A DNA stretch of 64,000 nucleotides, taken from NCBI GenBank assembly GCA_964016885.1, contig OZ024741.1, positions 154,752,001-154,816,000 of the forward strand, in the 5' to 3' direction. The notes under the pieces were generated by a model, which saw only the letters and a list, made by a program, of their open reading frames with translations, was not told where the DNA came from and ran no database searches. Of the stretch, positions 39,591 through 52,900 are shown piece by piece; within the stretch, counting starts at the first letter, position 1; each line of letters opens with the position of its first letter. The position numbers were made by a program, and so were the translations under genes. This stretch comes from Eledone cirrhosa (lineage: Eukaryota).

Positions 39591-41762
39591 CGTGGGAAAG
39601 TAAGAAATCGGAGAATAGACCGTTAAAACATGTTTATTTAAAACAGCACCTACGTACGTTTCGCCCAGTTGGGCTTCTCAAGGGCATAAATAATCAAAAG
39701 TGTTCCTTACATTGCTCGGAAAGAGTTTTTGGGGTTAAATCCACGTCAAGGTTCATTGCTCGCAAAAATAGCTTGTTTTGATTTTGCAGCAGGTCAAGGG
39801 AGGTAACTCTGGCCGGTGTTAGGGCAGTCTTTCCCAGACAAATTTTTTTATCCGCTACGAGATGAGGTTACAACCTTACCATTGTTGATACGCATGTAAT
39901 CAACGCTTATTTTGAGAGTTTTTTTTTTTTTTTTTTTGCTGCATCTGTTTGTCTGAGTCGATATAATAGAATAGATAACCGCACTAAAGATCACAACCCC
40001 GGCGACGGTAACCACTGTAGATTACTCGAACTATTCCCCTATTACAAAACCAACAAAGGCGACGGCCTACTACCAACGCCTTCCAACCAACATCTTCCTG
40101 TACATAAACATGGAAGAGGTAGGAAGAGTGCACCCGAGCATAAAGTGAAAGGGGCACCGAATGGGCGACTGCGCACTAACACACATAAGAGCGGTCACCT
40201 AGATGGAACCACCCGTAGCAAACGTGCAAGGACACGTAATCGCCACCGTAACGGCCTATGGTTCCACCCCTCCTACTCTCGGAGTGTGGCTTCCAACATA
40301 CCCCGGATATTCTTCGAAGCCTTAGAGAAGAACTTCCCGCCCAACCATAGGTATAGAAAAATTCTTAATAGGAACAATATAAAAATATCCTTCTCTACTA
40401 CTCCTAACCTAGCAGACATCATAGGAACAACGAACCACAGTAAGATCACCAAGACACAGCACCTCGACACAGACGCACCTACACCTGACAATAACTATAT
40501 CAGCCTTAACAACTCCCTGGCAGCATCCAATAGTGTTGGCAATGGCATCCGCAGACGCAACCAGCATAACCGCGAAATGACTGGCAAACATGCAGGACAT
40601 GACGTGCGGAATAACAATCGCACCACCCCGCGTGCTGTGGGTTGTAATGGTGCTAACGACAGCTGCGGTAGTGTGGGTAACAACGTAGGCAGCAACAATG
40701 ATAGCCTTACCGTGGGAAATAGACGGAACCGCGACAGAAATTGCAACTGCCGCGACAGAGGACGCTGCCCCCTTAGAGGATACTGCTTGACTGATAGGGT
40801 TATATATAGATGCACTATAACTAGCCACAATAGCGTTAAACATTATATAGGGGCTACCTCCGCCCGTTCAAAATTAGGTTTCGAACACATCTCCACTCTT
40901 TCACAAATAAAAAACTAAGACACTCCACTTCGCTCGCGGACTACATCACATCACTAAAGGACTTAAACATCAGCTTCTCCACGCACTGGAATATTGTCGG
41001 CAGGGCTGCACCGTACAACTTCAAGAGGAAATGCGATCTTTGCCTCATGGAGCTCTACCACATCATAACTGCACCCCACGAGCTCATCAACAGCAGAGCT
41101 GAAACAGCGATAAGTTGTACACATCGCTTAAAAATATCCTTCTTCAGATGGGTTAAGGATGAGGAGTGAAACCGTGCACCGGATCTCCCTACAACAAGTC
41201 TTAACACCCCGGCGGGCAGGCGCTGCAAAATAACACCCAGGAAACTATCCTTGCATACCAGACCCAGCCTCAAACGACTCAGACAAACAGATGCAGCAAA
41301 AAAAAAAAAAAAAAAATCAAAATAAGTGTTGATTACATGCGTATCGACAATGGTAAGGTTGTGACCTCATCTCGTAGCGGATAAAAAAATTTGTCCGGGA
41401 AAGACTGCCCTAACACCGGCCGAGATACCTCCCTTGACCTGCTGCAAAATCAAAACAAGCTATTTTTGTGAGCAATGAACCTTGACGTGGATTTAACCCC
41501 AAAAACTGTTTCCGAGCAATGTAAGGAACACTTTTGATTATTTATGCCCTTGAGAAGCCCAACTGGGCGAAACGTACGTAGGTGCTGTTTTAAATAAACA
41601 TGTTTTAACGGTCTATTCTCCGATCTCTTACTTTCCCACGCGCTTACGCTCTGCTAATTCTCTAGCCCACTAAATATTAACACTTCGAATATTTAATACT
41701 GCCGGCACTAGTATCAAGCACCTTTGCACCTATCTCCCCTTTTTTTCTCTCTCGATACGTAT
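39591..41762 (+). mobile_element. Penelope-like element (Hydra-clade-like), 5'-truncated, with 370-bp inverted pseudo-LTRs (39591-39960 / 41275-41640)
   Basis: ORF 40145-40918 (LWFHPSYS..V, YRKILNRNNIKISFS, CNCRDRGRCPLRGYC, VIYRC...YIGAT) with a frameshifted endonuclease tail to ~41169; inverted arms; (TA)n flanks. Confidence 0.9.
41545..41585 (+). ncRNA. Minimal hammerhead ribozyme, U3-A8 core variant (mirror copy 39646-39686 on -)
   Basis: gccc-TTGAGAA-gccc(aact)gggc-GAAA-cgtacg-TA-ggtgc. Confidence 0.72.
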
Positions 41763-42305
41763 ACTGTGTATATATATATATATATATATATATGACTGTT
41801 GATCGACTTTTGTCAAATCGGACCGAGGAAACAATGTTTCCATTGGTCTTTCCAATTGCTAATACTATCTATCAGTCACAACACCAGGGAGAAGGAGCAA
41901 TGTGAAATAAAGTGTCTTGCCCAAGGACATAACGCATCGCCTGGTTCAGGAATTGAGCTCACAACCTCACGATTGCAAATTCAATTCTCTAACCACTTAG
42001 CCAGAGTCTGGAATTTGGTGTCAAAGTGGCAAGAATTCAGCCATCAGGCCCCAATTTTCTAATATATTTACACTCTACTATCCCAAGTATTCAGTCCTCT
42101 GCTGAATAATTGTCTTACTAGTTTTATATATATATATATATAAATATTTATTAAAATAACAGATTAAAGTTTAAGCAAAGAATCGTTGCTTTCACCCTTA
42201 ACGGGATCTTCTGAAAATAACAAAGTCAACCTGTAAACGCAGAACTGGATATTTCAAAAAACGGTGCAACCGGAGGAAGACAGGAAGACGATACTTTGGT
42301 GTATG

Positions 42306-42356
<51 letters not shown>

Positions 42357-42799
42357 GCGCATGGATTAGTGGTTAGAGCATTGGGCTTGCAATTCTCAGA
42401 CTGGGTGATGTGTTGTTTCCTTGTGCAAGACACTTTATTTCACATTGCTCCGGTTTACTCAGCTGTAGAAATGAGATGATAGGACTGGAGTCCGTATCAT
42501 TCCACTGCAAAGTGGTCGTGAAGGCCCAACAGCAAAAAAGCACCCAGCCCACACTGCAAAGTGGATGTGTAGGCGCCACGGAAAAAAAGCACCCAGCACT
42601 CACTGTAAATGAGGTTGGTGTTAGGAAGGGCATCCAGCTGTAGAAATCAAGCCAGAATCAGTTCCCGTATGAGCAAGACAAGGTCAGCCTACCGGACACT
42701 GCCCACAACAGGACAACCCGTCTAAACCATGCTAGCATGGAAGAATGGACGTAAAACGGTGATGATGATAATGATGATGATGATATGTACACACTGAGC

Positions 42800-43855
42800 A
42801 AGGCCATTTACCCAAGGCGATCGTGGATCTGCTTTCCCTTCTACTTACTGGGACCTTAGTCTTTGTCAGGTTGACTTTAAGACCATTTGTTTCTAGGCCA
42901 TGCTTCCAGGTTGGAAATTCTTCTCTAATTTTGCCATAGATTCAGCTATGAGTGTGAGATCATCAGGAGTTCCCATGAGCAGCCAGTCTTAAACTCCTTT
43001 GTTATAGCCTGCAGAACGAAAATAAACAGGAGGAGGCTAAGGTCAGAGCTCTGGTGGATGCCAACTGGCACGTTAAATTCCTTGCTATAGTTGTTGTTAA
43101 TCTAACTTTGCTAACTGTTCCCCTATACATGGCTTGTACAGCTTTCACAAGCCACACTTCTAGTTTTCTAAGAGCCCACCAGATAATGGTATAGGGGACT
43201 CTGTCAAAAGCTTTCTCAAGATCAACAAACACCAGATAGAGCAGCTTACTTTTAGCTAGGTACTTCTCCTGTAGCTGTTTCACAAGGGAGAGGGCATCTA
43301 TGGTGCTTTTACCTGGCACAAATCCGAACTGCATCTCATCTAGGTTAAGTTAATCAGTTGTGCTATAACTCTTTCTGTTACTTTCATAATCCGGTTATTC
43401 AATTTGATACTTCTTTAGTTTCCTCTATTTAGTACATCTCCTTTAACCTTGTATCAGTTGACAATGGGGCTGCTGCACCAATCATTCAGTATGGCACCAT
43501 TTAGTATTACTTGGTTTACAATACAAGTGGTTAAGGTGTGACCTACCGACCCAGTTGCTTTCAGCATCTCAGCAACTAACCCTGATGGTCCCGCTGCTTT
43601 CACAGTCTTCATATCCTTAACTGCTTTACTTGCTACAGAGCTGCTGACTTGTATGGCTGGTCCCTCTGTTGCATCCACTTGGGGTAGGATCTCTTTTCCC
43701 CATGCATTCTTCTCATTCTGTAATCTTTCATAATGTCTCTTCCATGCTACTTTCTTTTCAGCATCTGTGTGGGCAAGTGTGCTTATATCATCACAGACAC
43801 ACTTCTCACCAATGACATCACAATTTTCCTTAACACACTGCCTCACAATCCTGAA
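42800..43855 (-). pseudogene. Decayed RTE LINE RT fragment
   Basis: ORFs 43454-43846 and 43002-43334 (QFGFVPGKST, FVDLEKAFDRVP). Confidence 0.9.
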
Positions 43856-43857
43856 GG

Positions 43858-45000
43858 TTTATACAAAGTTGTGGTTAGGTCTAAATTTACATCAAGGAAA
43901 TTTGCATAAGTAAGGTTCATATCAACCATAATTATATGTCCTAGTGCACGAAAGGTATCAATTAAATTTTTATGGAATCTGTCCATAGTGTGTCCGTTAT
44001 AGACCAAAGGAGTAGTCGATATTTAGAATTTAGTGCATGAAGAATGTATAAACCGATAAGGTTACAAACATTAGCACTGTCATAGGACCCCATAGAGACA
44101 TCAAAAGAATTATCAGGGTCAGATTTATTTACTTAGATAGTACCATTACTAAATAGGAGGGTTCTACCAGGATGAAATATAAGGTCATATTCCATGTCGT
44201 CGATGTATATGAAAGAATGAGCAAAGTCTAAAGCCTTATTAAGAAGGGTCCTAGAAATAGAGGGATAAAAATATATAATATAATAACATGTGAATTTGGT
44301 CCTCTTCTTAAAAAGGATTTCTGTGAACCAGGCTATGATAGATATATTATTTTACAGTGAGAGATTGGTGTTTTTAATAATATAAGTATTGATGTCTCTT
44401 AACATTTTTTTACTATCTAGTCATAACTCTGTCTTTGAAGGATTTATTAATCTACAGCTAGGCCTGTTTGTAAAATCAGGTTTGTGATCCTTCAGGGCAA
44501 TGAAGGCATCATGTTCAGCTAAGTGTTCAACTGTATTGTCTATTTTAAAATGTGTGGCAATATCTTTGGCTTCATCATTAATCTTGTTACATCTGTTAGG
44601 TTTGGCTTTCTAAGGTTGTTAAATTTTTCATTATCTTTGTTTTGTCCAAAAATACAAAATACATTCTTAGTCAATTTGAATTTTTTAATGTCATATATAA
44701 GTGTATGTTAGAAGAGATTATGGTACTTACGAAACTTGATGGTTGCAACTATATCTAACAGGTCAGCTTCAAATGGGGCTAAGTCTTTAACTTGGAGGGG
44801 AGGGGTGTTACTTAATCGAATTAATGTTAAATTTCTTGGTGGAAGTGGTGGTCATTTCACTGTCGAACAGAAGAGCCTTTCATCACAGTCTATGTACAAC
44901 ATCTACTTTGTTGAGAAGCATTTTGGTGTAAGGAGTGTTGGTAGGTGTCAGTATATATTCAATGACTCTTGAGGCAGCAATTTAGACAGGTCTAGTGTTG
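43858..45000 (-). pseudogene. Decayed PLE N-terminal/RT region
   Basis: Manual minus-strand translation: DLAPFEADLLDIVATIKFR, AFIALKDHKPDFTNRPSCRLINPSKTEL, FYPSISRTLLNKALDFA, FDVSMGSYDSANVCNLIGLYIL. Confidence 0.82.
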
Positions 45001-45129
45001 GAAACATTTTACAGTATCTCAAGTATTTCTGAAGTTCTTTACTTGTTTCAGTATTGTAGTAATGGTGCTGTTATTGGTGGTGGTGGGTGAGAAGGGTGAA
45101 GTGGGGGTTGTTGTATGGTGGTGGTAGTG

Positions 45130-47405
45130 GCTTTGGTTGTTGGTGGTGGTGTTAATGGTGTTGCTAGTGGTTGTGTTGGAGATGTTGTTGTTGTTGGTGG
45201 TGGTGGTGTTAATGGTGTTGTTGCTAGTGGTTGTGTTGGAGTTGTTGTTGGTGGTGGTGGTGGTGTTAATGGTGTTGTTGCTAGTGGTTGTGTTGGAGTT
45301 GTTGTTGTTGTTGGTGGTGGTGTTAATGGTGTTGTTGCTAGTGGTTGTGTTGGAGTTGTTGTTGTTGTTGGTGGTGGTGGTGTTAATGGTGTTGTTGCTA
45401 GTGGTTGTGTTGGAGTTGTTGTTGTTGGTGGTGGTGGTGTTAATGGTGCTGTTGCTAGTGGTTGTGTTGGAGTTGTTGTTGGTGGTGGTGTTAATGGTGT
45501 TGTTGCTAGTGGTTGTGTTGGAGTTGTTGTTGTTGGTGGTGGTGGTGGTGTTAATGGTGTTGTTGCTAGTGGTTGTGTTGGAGTTGTTGTTGTTGTTGGT
45601 GGTGGTGTTAATGGTGTTGTTGCTAGTGGTTGTGTTGGAGTTGTTGTTGGTGGTGGTGGTGGTGGTGTTAATGGTGTTGTTGCTAGTGGTTGTGTTGGAG
45701 TTGTTGTTGTTGGTGGTGGTGGTGGTGTTAATGGTGTTGTTGCTAGTGGTTGTGTTAGAGTTGTTGTTGTTGTTGTTGGTGGTGGTGGTGTTAATGGTGT
45801 TGTTGCTAGTGGTTGTGTTGGAGTTGTTGTTGTTGGTGGTGGTGGTGTTGTTAATGTTGTTGTTGCTAGTGGTTGTGTTAGAGTTGTTGTTGTTGGTGGT
45901 GGTGGTGGTGTTAATGGTGCTGTTGCTAGTGGTTGTGTTGGAGTTGTTGTTGTTGGTGGTGGTGGTGGTGTTAATGGTGTTGTTGCTAGTGGTTGTGTTG
46001 GAGTTGTTGTTGTTGTTGGTGGTGGTGTTAATGGTGTTGTTGGTAGTGGTTGTGTTGGAGTTGTTGTTGATGGTGGTGGTGTTAATGGTGTTGTTGCTAG
46101 TGGTTGTGTTGGAGTTGGTGGTGGTGGTGGTGGTGGTGTTAATGGTGTTGTTGCTAGTGGTTGTGTTGGAGTTGTTGTTGTTGGTGGTGGTGGTGTTAAT
46201 GGTGTTGTTGCTAGTGGTTGTGTTGGAGTTGTTGTTGTTGGTGGTGGTGGTGTTAATGGTGTTGTTGCTAGTGGTTGTGTTGGAGTTGTTGTTGTTGGTG
46301 GTGGTGGTGGTGGTGTTAATGGTGTTGTTGCTAGTGGTTGTGTTGGAGTTGTTGTTGTTGGTGGTGGTGGTGGTGGTGTTAATGGTGTTGTTGCTAGTGG
46401 TTGTGTTGGAGTTGTTGTTGTTGGTGGTGGTGGTGGTGTTAATGGTGTTGTTGCTAGTGGTTGTGTTGGAGTTGTTGTTGTTGGTGGTGGTGGTGGTGGT
46501 GTTAATGGTGTTGTTGCTAGTGGTTGTGTTGTAGTTGTTGTTGTTGGTGGTGGTGGTGTTAATGGTGTTGTTGCTAGTGGTTGTGTTGGAGTTGTTGTTG
46601 TTGGTGGTGGTGGTGGTGGTGTTAATGGTGTTGTTGCTAGTGGTTGTGTTGGAGTTGTTGTTGTTGGTGGTGGTGGTGGTGTTAATGGTGTTGTTGCTAG
46701 TGGTTGTGTTGGAGTTGTTGTTGTTGGTGGTGGTGGTGGTGGTGTTAATGGTGTTGTTGCTAGTGGTTGTGTTGGAGTTGTTGTTGTTGGTGGTGGTGGT
46801 GGTGTTAATGGTGTTGTTGCTAGTGGTTGTGTTGGAGTTGTTGTTGTTGGTGGTGGTGGTGGTGGTGTTAATGGTGTTGTTGCTAGTGGTTGTGTTGGAG
46901 TTGTTGTTGTTGGTGGTGGTGGTGTTAATGGTGTTGTTGCTAGTGGTTGTGTTGGAGTTGTTGTTGTTGGTGGTGGTGGTGTTAATGGTGTTGTTGCTAG
47001 TGGTTGTGTTAGAGTTGTTGTTGGTGGTGGTGGTGGTGTTAATGGTGTTGTTGCTAGTGGTTGTGTTGGAGTTGTTGTTGTTGGTGGTGGTGGTGGTGTT
47101 AATGTTGTTGTTGCTAGTGGTTGTGTTAGAGTTGTTGTTGTTGGTGGTGGTGGTGTTAATGGTGTTGTTGCTAGTGGTTGTGTTGGAGTTGTTGTTGTTG
47201 TTGGTGGTGGTGGTGGTGTTAATGGTGTTGTTGTTAGTGGTTGTGTTGGAGTTGTTGTTGGTGGTGGTGGTGGTGTTAATGGTGTTGTTGCTAGTGGTTG
47301 TGTTGGAGTTGTTGTTGTTGGTGGTGGTGGTGTTAATGGTGTTGTTGTTAGTGGTTGTGTTGGAGTTGTTGTTGGTGGTGGTGGTGGTGGTGGTGTTAAT
47401 GTTGT
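45130..47405. repeat. Minisatellite, ~54-66-bp unit gttaatggtgttgttgctagtggttgtgttgga(gtt)n(ggt)n, roughly 38 copies
   Basis: Seen directly; length variation is confined to triplet number. Confidence 0.95.
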
Positions 47406-47630
47406 GAGAGGTTGAGTAAATGAAAGGCAGTGATAGTGCCTATCCTTCATTAATTTCCGATGAAAGATGAAGAAAGCAATAACCACATCTGTTACATTAT
47501 TCTATTTCACACGTTTCATCTCTTTGGTTTGGTCTTTTTTTGTGTGTGTGTATATAGGTGTGTGTGTGTATATGTGTGTCAGTGTATGCGTATGTATATG
47601 TGTATATATTTATGTATGTATATATGCTAA

Positions 47631-47672
<42 letters not shown>

Positions 47673-47879
47673 TATATATATATAATATATATATATATAT
47701 AATATATATATATATAATATATATATAATATATATATATATATAATATATAATATTAGGATTGCAAGGTTATCACAGACTAATCAGTACTCAAGCCGAGT
47801 CACTAACCCCTAGGTGGGCTGAGGAGCTCAACATGATTCCGCACACTACCAAGTGCATTTCATCATGGCACCAACACTA

Positions 47880-48420
47880 TGCAAGTTGGCATGTCTATAG
47901 CACAGTTGAAGAGCCTTCCTGGCCCTCTGTTTGGCAAGTTTTCTATGGTTGGATAACCTTCCTAAATACTAGCGTGGTTATTGAACTGATGTAGTCAACG
48001 GGGGTGTACAGTGATGCTGAGAATAGCTAATACAGGGGTATGGGTGGGGTGCAGTAAAAGCAAGGATAGTTGTGGATGAGGTGTGATACTTGGATGAGTC
48101 AGGTCAGGTTTTAGGTTGTTAGAAAGCTTTTCACCAGCACCATATGTCTCATATCCTCCCTGTGCTTTGTTAGCTCTGATGTGAAGTTCAGTTTCTTTAA
48201 GGTTAGCCCTCACTACCTCATCCCATGTCTTCCCAAGTTTACCTCTTACACAAATTCCCTCTACAGGGGTTTCTCTGCACATATTTCTACAGCTGTCATG
48301 TTCCATCGCATCATATGTACATATAAACACAGTCTTCTCTCTTGCATACTATATCAAATTCCTCTTATGCCAAGTTTTCTCTCAACTCACTTATGCTACA
48401 TTGTTCATGCTATATCGTTC
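47880..48420 (-). pseudogene. Old RTE LINE 3' fragment (similar relic at ~37060-37760)
   Basis: VEGICVRGKLGKTWDEVVRANL and a degenerate 3' UTR. Confidence 0.65.
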
Positions 48421-49269
48421 ATACACACTAATGTTGCACATACATTTTCTATATATCAGGCAGGACCACTTCCCTGGTGGGATCAGAGTCCTATCTTCTT
48501 TCTTGCTTACCAAAACTTTCGTTTTTCCAAAAAGAACCTTTGTTAAATTATGTTTCAAACACCAGTTTAAAAATTAGAAAGTTATATTTCTAAATCCCTC
48601 CAAATTATTGATTCTTTTCAAAATTGAATGAAAATCTTAGGCAGTGTCTTTCATTACAAATATGGTAAGGAAAGGGTTAATATGTCTGCATTTATCTAAA
48701 AACCTTCCATCACAATATTATGTAAATTCCTTTGTTAAGTTATGTTCCAAATACCAGTTTAAAAATGAGAAAGTTAGTTATATTATTGAATCTTTGTTTA
48801 TTGTTTATTTTCAAGATGATTTGAAACACAGTGTCTTCCATTAGAAATATGGTAATGAAAGAGTTAAAAACAGCCGTAGTGTAGTGTTGCTTATTATATA
48901 GATTTTAATGGCAACATGTGTCTGAAATGGTGGAGGTTCCATTAGTTTGGTCAGAGAAACCAAAATCAACCAACAGAATCATATAACATATTTACTTCCT
49001 TTTCATCAGAAATTCTTTTGATGTGTTAATATAAGGAACCAATAAAATAACTTTTAAGCTCTTTCCTCTCTTTTCTTGTATTTTTTGTACATCTGCTATC
49101 CTCCTCCTCATCGTCATCACCATCATCATCATCACCATCATCATCGTCATCATCATCATCATCACCATCATCATTTTCATTATTATTATTCTCTGCTAAA
49201 CACACAGAGTTTTAAATTTTGGCCAAGGTCGCACCGATGAGGTTGCCACTTGTCAACGGTGGTCTGGTA

Positions 49270-50380
49270 GGGGAGGCGCAAACATTTGCCATTCCAGACA
49301 GATCCATCTACAACAACCTCCATCTCATGTAATAAATCATAGAGAGTGTGGATAAGGAACCTGGCATGTGTGGGGCCCTGATCAATTTAGATCAATAAGT
49401 ACCTGGTGGCAATCCTAAAGGTAGTTGGCTTTAGGCCTGTTTTCAGAGGAACTGTGATCTTAGTGAACAGCCACATCTCAGAACCATTCAACATCATGTG
49501 CTTGGTCTGCCAAGATTGTCCCCTCTCACCTGCTGTATGTACTGATTCTCAAGCCACTACAACACAAATTGAAGATGTTGAAGGGTATCCTATAAAAGAT
49601 GTAGGAGATCTGTGTCAGCATATACCGATGATGTCACTGTAATGGTTTTGAGCTGCAAACATATTGAGTTGATCGGCACTACTCTCAAGGAATACGAAGC
49701 AATAACAGAAGCAAAAATTAATCAAGAAAAGTTGGTGGGCCTGTGGCTTGGCACCTGGAGAGGCAAATCCATGCAGTCCAACAGCATTGCCAAGTGCTGG
49801 ATGTATGGGCCAGTTAAATTGCTTAGGGTCTCGTTTGGTCCAGACCTCCAAATGAGCAAAAACTGAGATGAATTAACGACCAGGGTGGACATTTTCACTT
49901 AGAAATGGGCCCAGAGGAAACTATCTCTGAGGCACAGGTGGTGAATGTATACATCACATCCATCATCTACTACTGATTCATGGTTATGTGTTGCTCCGGT
50001 TCATGTCTTACAGCCCTAGAGTGTTTTCTTTTTTGCTTTTTGTGGAAGGGACATGAGCCTATGGTCAGGCAGTTCATTTGTTGCCAATACCCACTGCATG
50101 GAGGACTGAGACTATGGCATCTCCAGTTTTACCTCGATGGTGAACAGGTGTGATTGTTGTTTGTTAGGCATGTATTTCCACAGCTCATCTCCTTGACAGA
50201 GCTGCAGTCCTGCATCAAATGAAGAGCGATAGGTTGTACTTGGAAACTGGAATGTCTTCAAGTCCTCACAGCCCTCACTTAGTTAAATGGGCAGTATGAT
50301 TGGTGGAAACTCCAGCTTGACATTCTATAGAGTGTTAGTTGTGGGTAAAAATGATGACGTTCTTGGGGAGACTCTAGTCT
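49270..50380 (+). pseudogene. Decayed L1/Tx1-like LINE RT fragment
   Basis: AIPDRSIYNNLHL, ALINLDQ, VCQDCPLSP, SAYTDDVTV, EAKINQEKLVGLWLG. Confidence 0.75.
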
Positions 50381-50439
50381 TTTAGTCTAACTTTAACTGT
50401 TTCACCATTGAAATGATTTAAGCTTGTCTGTAGGGTTTG

Positions 50440-52900
50440 TATCATCATCATCATCACTGTTTTACGTCCGTTCTTCCACGCTCACATGGGTTAGACGGGT
50501 TGTCCTGTTGTGGGCAGTAGCCGGTCAGCTGACCATGTTTTGCTCATATGGGAACTGATTCTGGCTTGATTTCTACAGCTGGATGGCCTTCCTAACACCA
50601 ACCTCATTTACAGTGAGTGCTGCGTGCTTTTTTTCCGTGGCGCCTACACGACCACTTTACAGTGTGGGCTGGGGGCTTTTTTTCCGTGGTACCTCCATGA
50701 CCACTTTGCAGTGGGAGGGTGTGTAGGGCATATTGTCAATATGCTTCAGCTTTGGTTTGTACCTGTGGGGGGTCGGGTTTTCTGTATTAGTGCGTGACGC
50801 CAGAGGTCACGGTTATGTGTCATCGCCTTTGAAAGGTGTAATTGTGTAAGGTCGGCTTTTATCACCTCATCCCAGGTCTTCTTGGGTCTCCCCACTCCGC
50901 GGCTTCCATCGACTTCTAGTGCTCTGCACCTTTTTATGCAGTTGCCATCCTTCATACGCATCACATGTCCATACCAATGCAACCTTCTCCCCTGCACACA
51001 ACATTTGATTCCTCTTATGCTCAGTCTCTCTCTCAATTCATTTATGCTTTGTCATTTGCGTATATTACTATTGCACATCCATCAGAGTATGCAGGCTTCG
51101 TTTCTTTCTAATCTATGCAAGTCTTCCACAGACAGTGCCTAGGTCTCACTACCATGTAACATTGCTGTTCGGATACATGCATCATACAGTCTGCCTTTCA
51201 TTTTGAGGGAAAAGCCTTTTGCAGCTAGCAGTGGCAGTAGCTCCCTGAACTTCTTCCATCCTGTTCTTAACCTAGTTATTGTACTTTCCGAACACCCACC
51301 TCCGCTGCTAATTTGGTCACCTAGGTAGCAGAAGCTGTCTACTGTTTCACCAGAACCCTCCCAGAGTTTGGTGGTGCTTGTTTCCTGTGGCTGTTTGCTA
51401 CTTGCTGTCCCAACGTAGCTGCTACATGTGAAGCCTACATTCTTAGTTAAGCTTCCTGAGATCCCGCTACATCTCTTGTGTACCCATTGTTTGCATTTGG
51501 GGCAGAGGATGGAGTTCCTACCTACACCTTTCCTACATACTGAGCAAAGCCATTTCCCTGAGGGGATCTGGGTTCTGTTTTCTCGTCTACTTACAAGGAC
51601 CTTGGTCTTTGTCAGGTTGACTTTGAGACCCTTTCTTTCTAGTCCCTGCTTCCATGTTCGGAATTTCTTCTCTAGTTCTACCATAGATTCAGCTATAAGT
51701 GTGAGATCATCTGCATACAGGAGTTCCCATGGGCATCCAGTCTTAAACTCCTCCATTATTGCCTGCAAAACTATGATGAACAGGAGAGGGCTAAGAACAG
51801 AGCCCTAGTGGACACCGACCTGTATGCTAAATTCCTCGCTATAGTCATTGCTAATCCTAACTTTGCTGACTGCTCCCCTATACATGGCTTATACAGCTTT
51901 CACAAGCCATTCATCTACTCCTAGTTTTCTAAGAGTCCACCAGATTATAGCACGGAGGACTCTGTTGAAGGCTTTTTCCAGATCGACAAATGCCAGGTAG
52001 AGTGGCTTACTTTTAGCTAGGTACTTTTCCTGTAACTGCCTCAAAAGGAAGAGGGCATCAGTGGTGCCTTTCCTGGCACAAACCCAAATTGCATCTCATC
52101 TAGTTTCACCCGGTCCCTAATCAACTGTGCTATAACACTTTCTGTTACTTTCATGACCTGGTCCATCAGCTTTATACCTCTATAGTTTCCTCTATCTAGT
52201 GCATCACCTTTACCCATGTAGCAGTTGACAATGACACTGCTGCACCAATCCTTTGGTATGAGACCTTCTAGTATTACCTGGTTAACAATACGTGTGGACC
52301 TACCGACCCAGATGCCTTCAGCATCTCGGCAGCTATACCTGATGGACCGGTTGCCTTCCCTGTCTTCATATCTTTGATTGCCTTACTTACTACACTGCTG
52401 CCTACTTGTACTGCTGGCCCCTCTATAGGGTCTACTTGGGGTAGGGTCTCTTCTTCCCATGCATTCTCCTCATTTAGTAATCTTTCATAATGGCGCTTCC
52501 ACGCATCTTTCTTCTCAGCACTTGTGAGGGCAAGCTCACCTTTATCATTCCGGATACACTTCTCTCCAATGACATCACAATTCTCTCTGACACACTGCCT
52601 CACAATCTTGAACGCCTCCTGTTTCTGGTCCTCACGTTGCAAGACATGCTTGAATTTTCTATCCTCCGCTTCCCTTCTAACTAAGTATACTTGTCACCTA
52701 ACTTCCCTCCTGGTCTCTATGTAATTTACTCTTCTTCCCCTGTTCTTCCATTCTTTCCATGCCTGTCTCTTAGCTTTAACTGCTTCATCTACCGTATTGT
52801 TCCACCACCAAGTCACTCTCCTCTTGCCTGTGGTCTTACTCCAACCACAGATCTCATACGTCGCCTTTAGTAATTTATTTTTTAGGAACTCCCAGTGCTC
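50440..52900 (-). mobile_element. RTE LINE, second subfamily, disrupted and 5'-truncated
   Basis: ORFs 52274-52642, 51139-51768 and 50746-51036 with YADD and the PHD-like finger; distinct 3' UTR; (CAT)n tail. Confidence 0.93.

Noticed and set aside
30221-41640. Editing signature in the two large pLTR inverted pairs
   Set aside because: The few differences include A-C mismatches, transversions and indels, consistent with ordinary neutral decay
42356-42420. tRNA gene
   Set aside because: A/B-box-like head continues into a SINE core and has multiple decayed copies; it is a SINE, not a tRNA
45130-47405. CRISPR-like array
   Set aside because: Intervals are only (GTT)n(GGT)n length variants, not unique spacers; eukaryotic context and no cas genes
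45115-47415. Plus-strand 766-aa V/G and 465/290-aa V/L ORFs
   Set aside because: By-products of a stop-free triplet minisatellite
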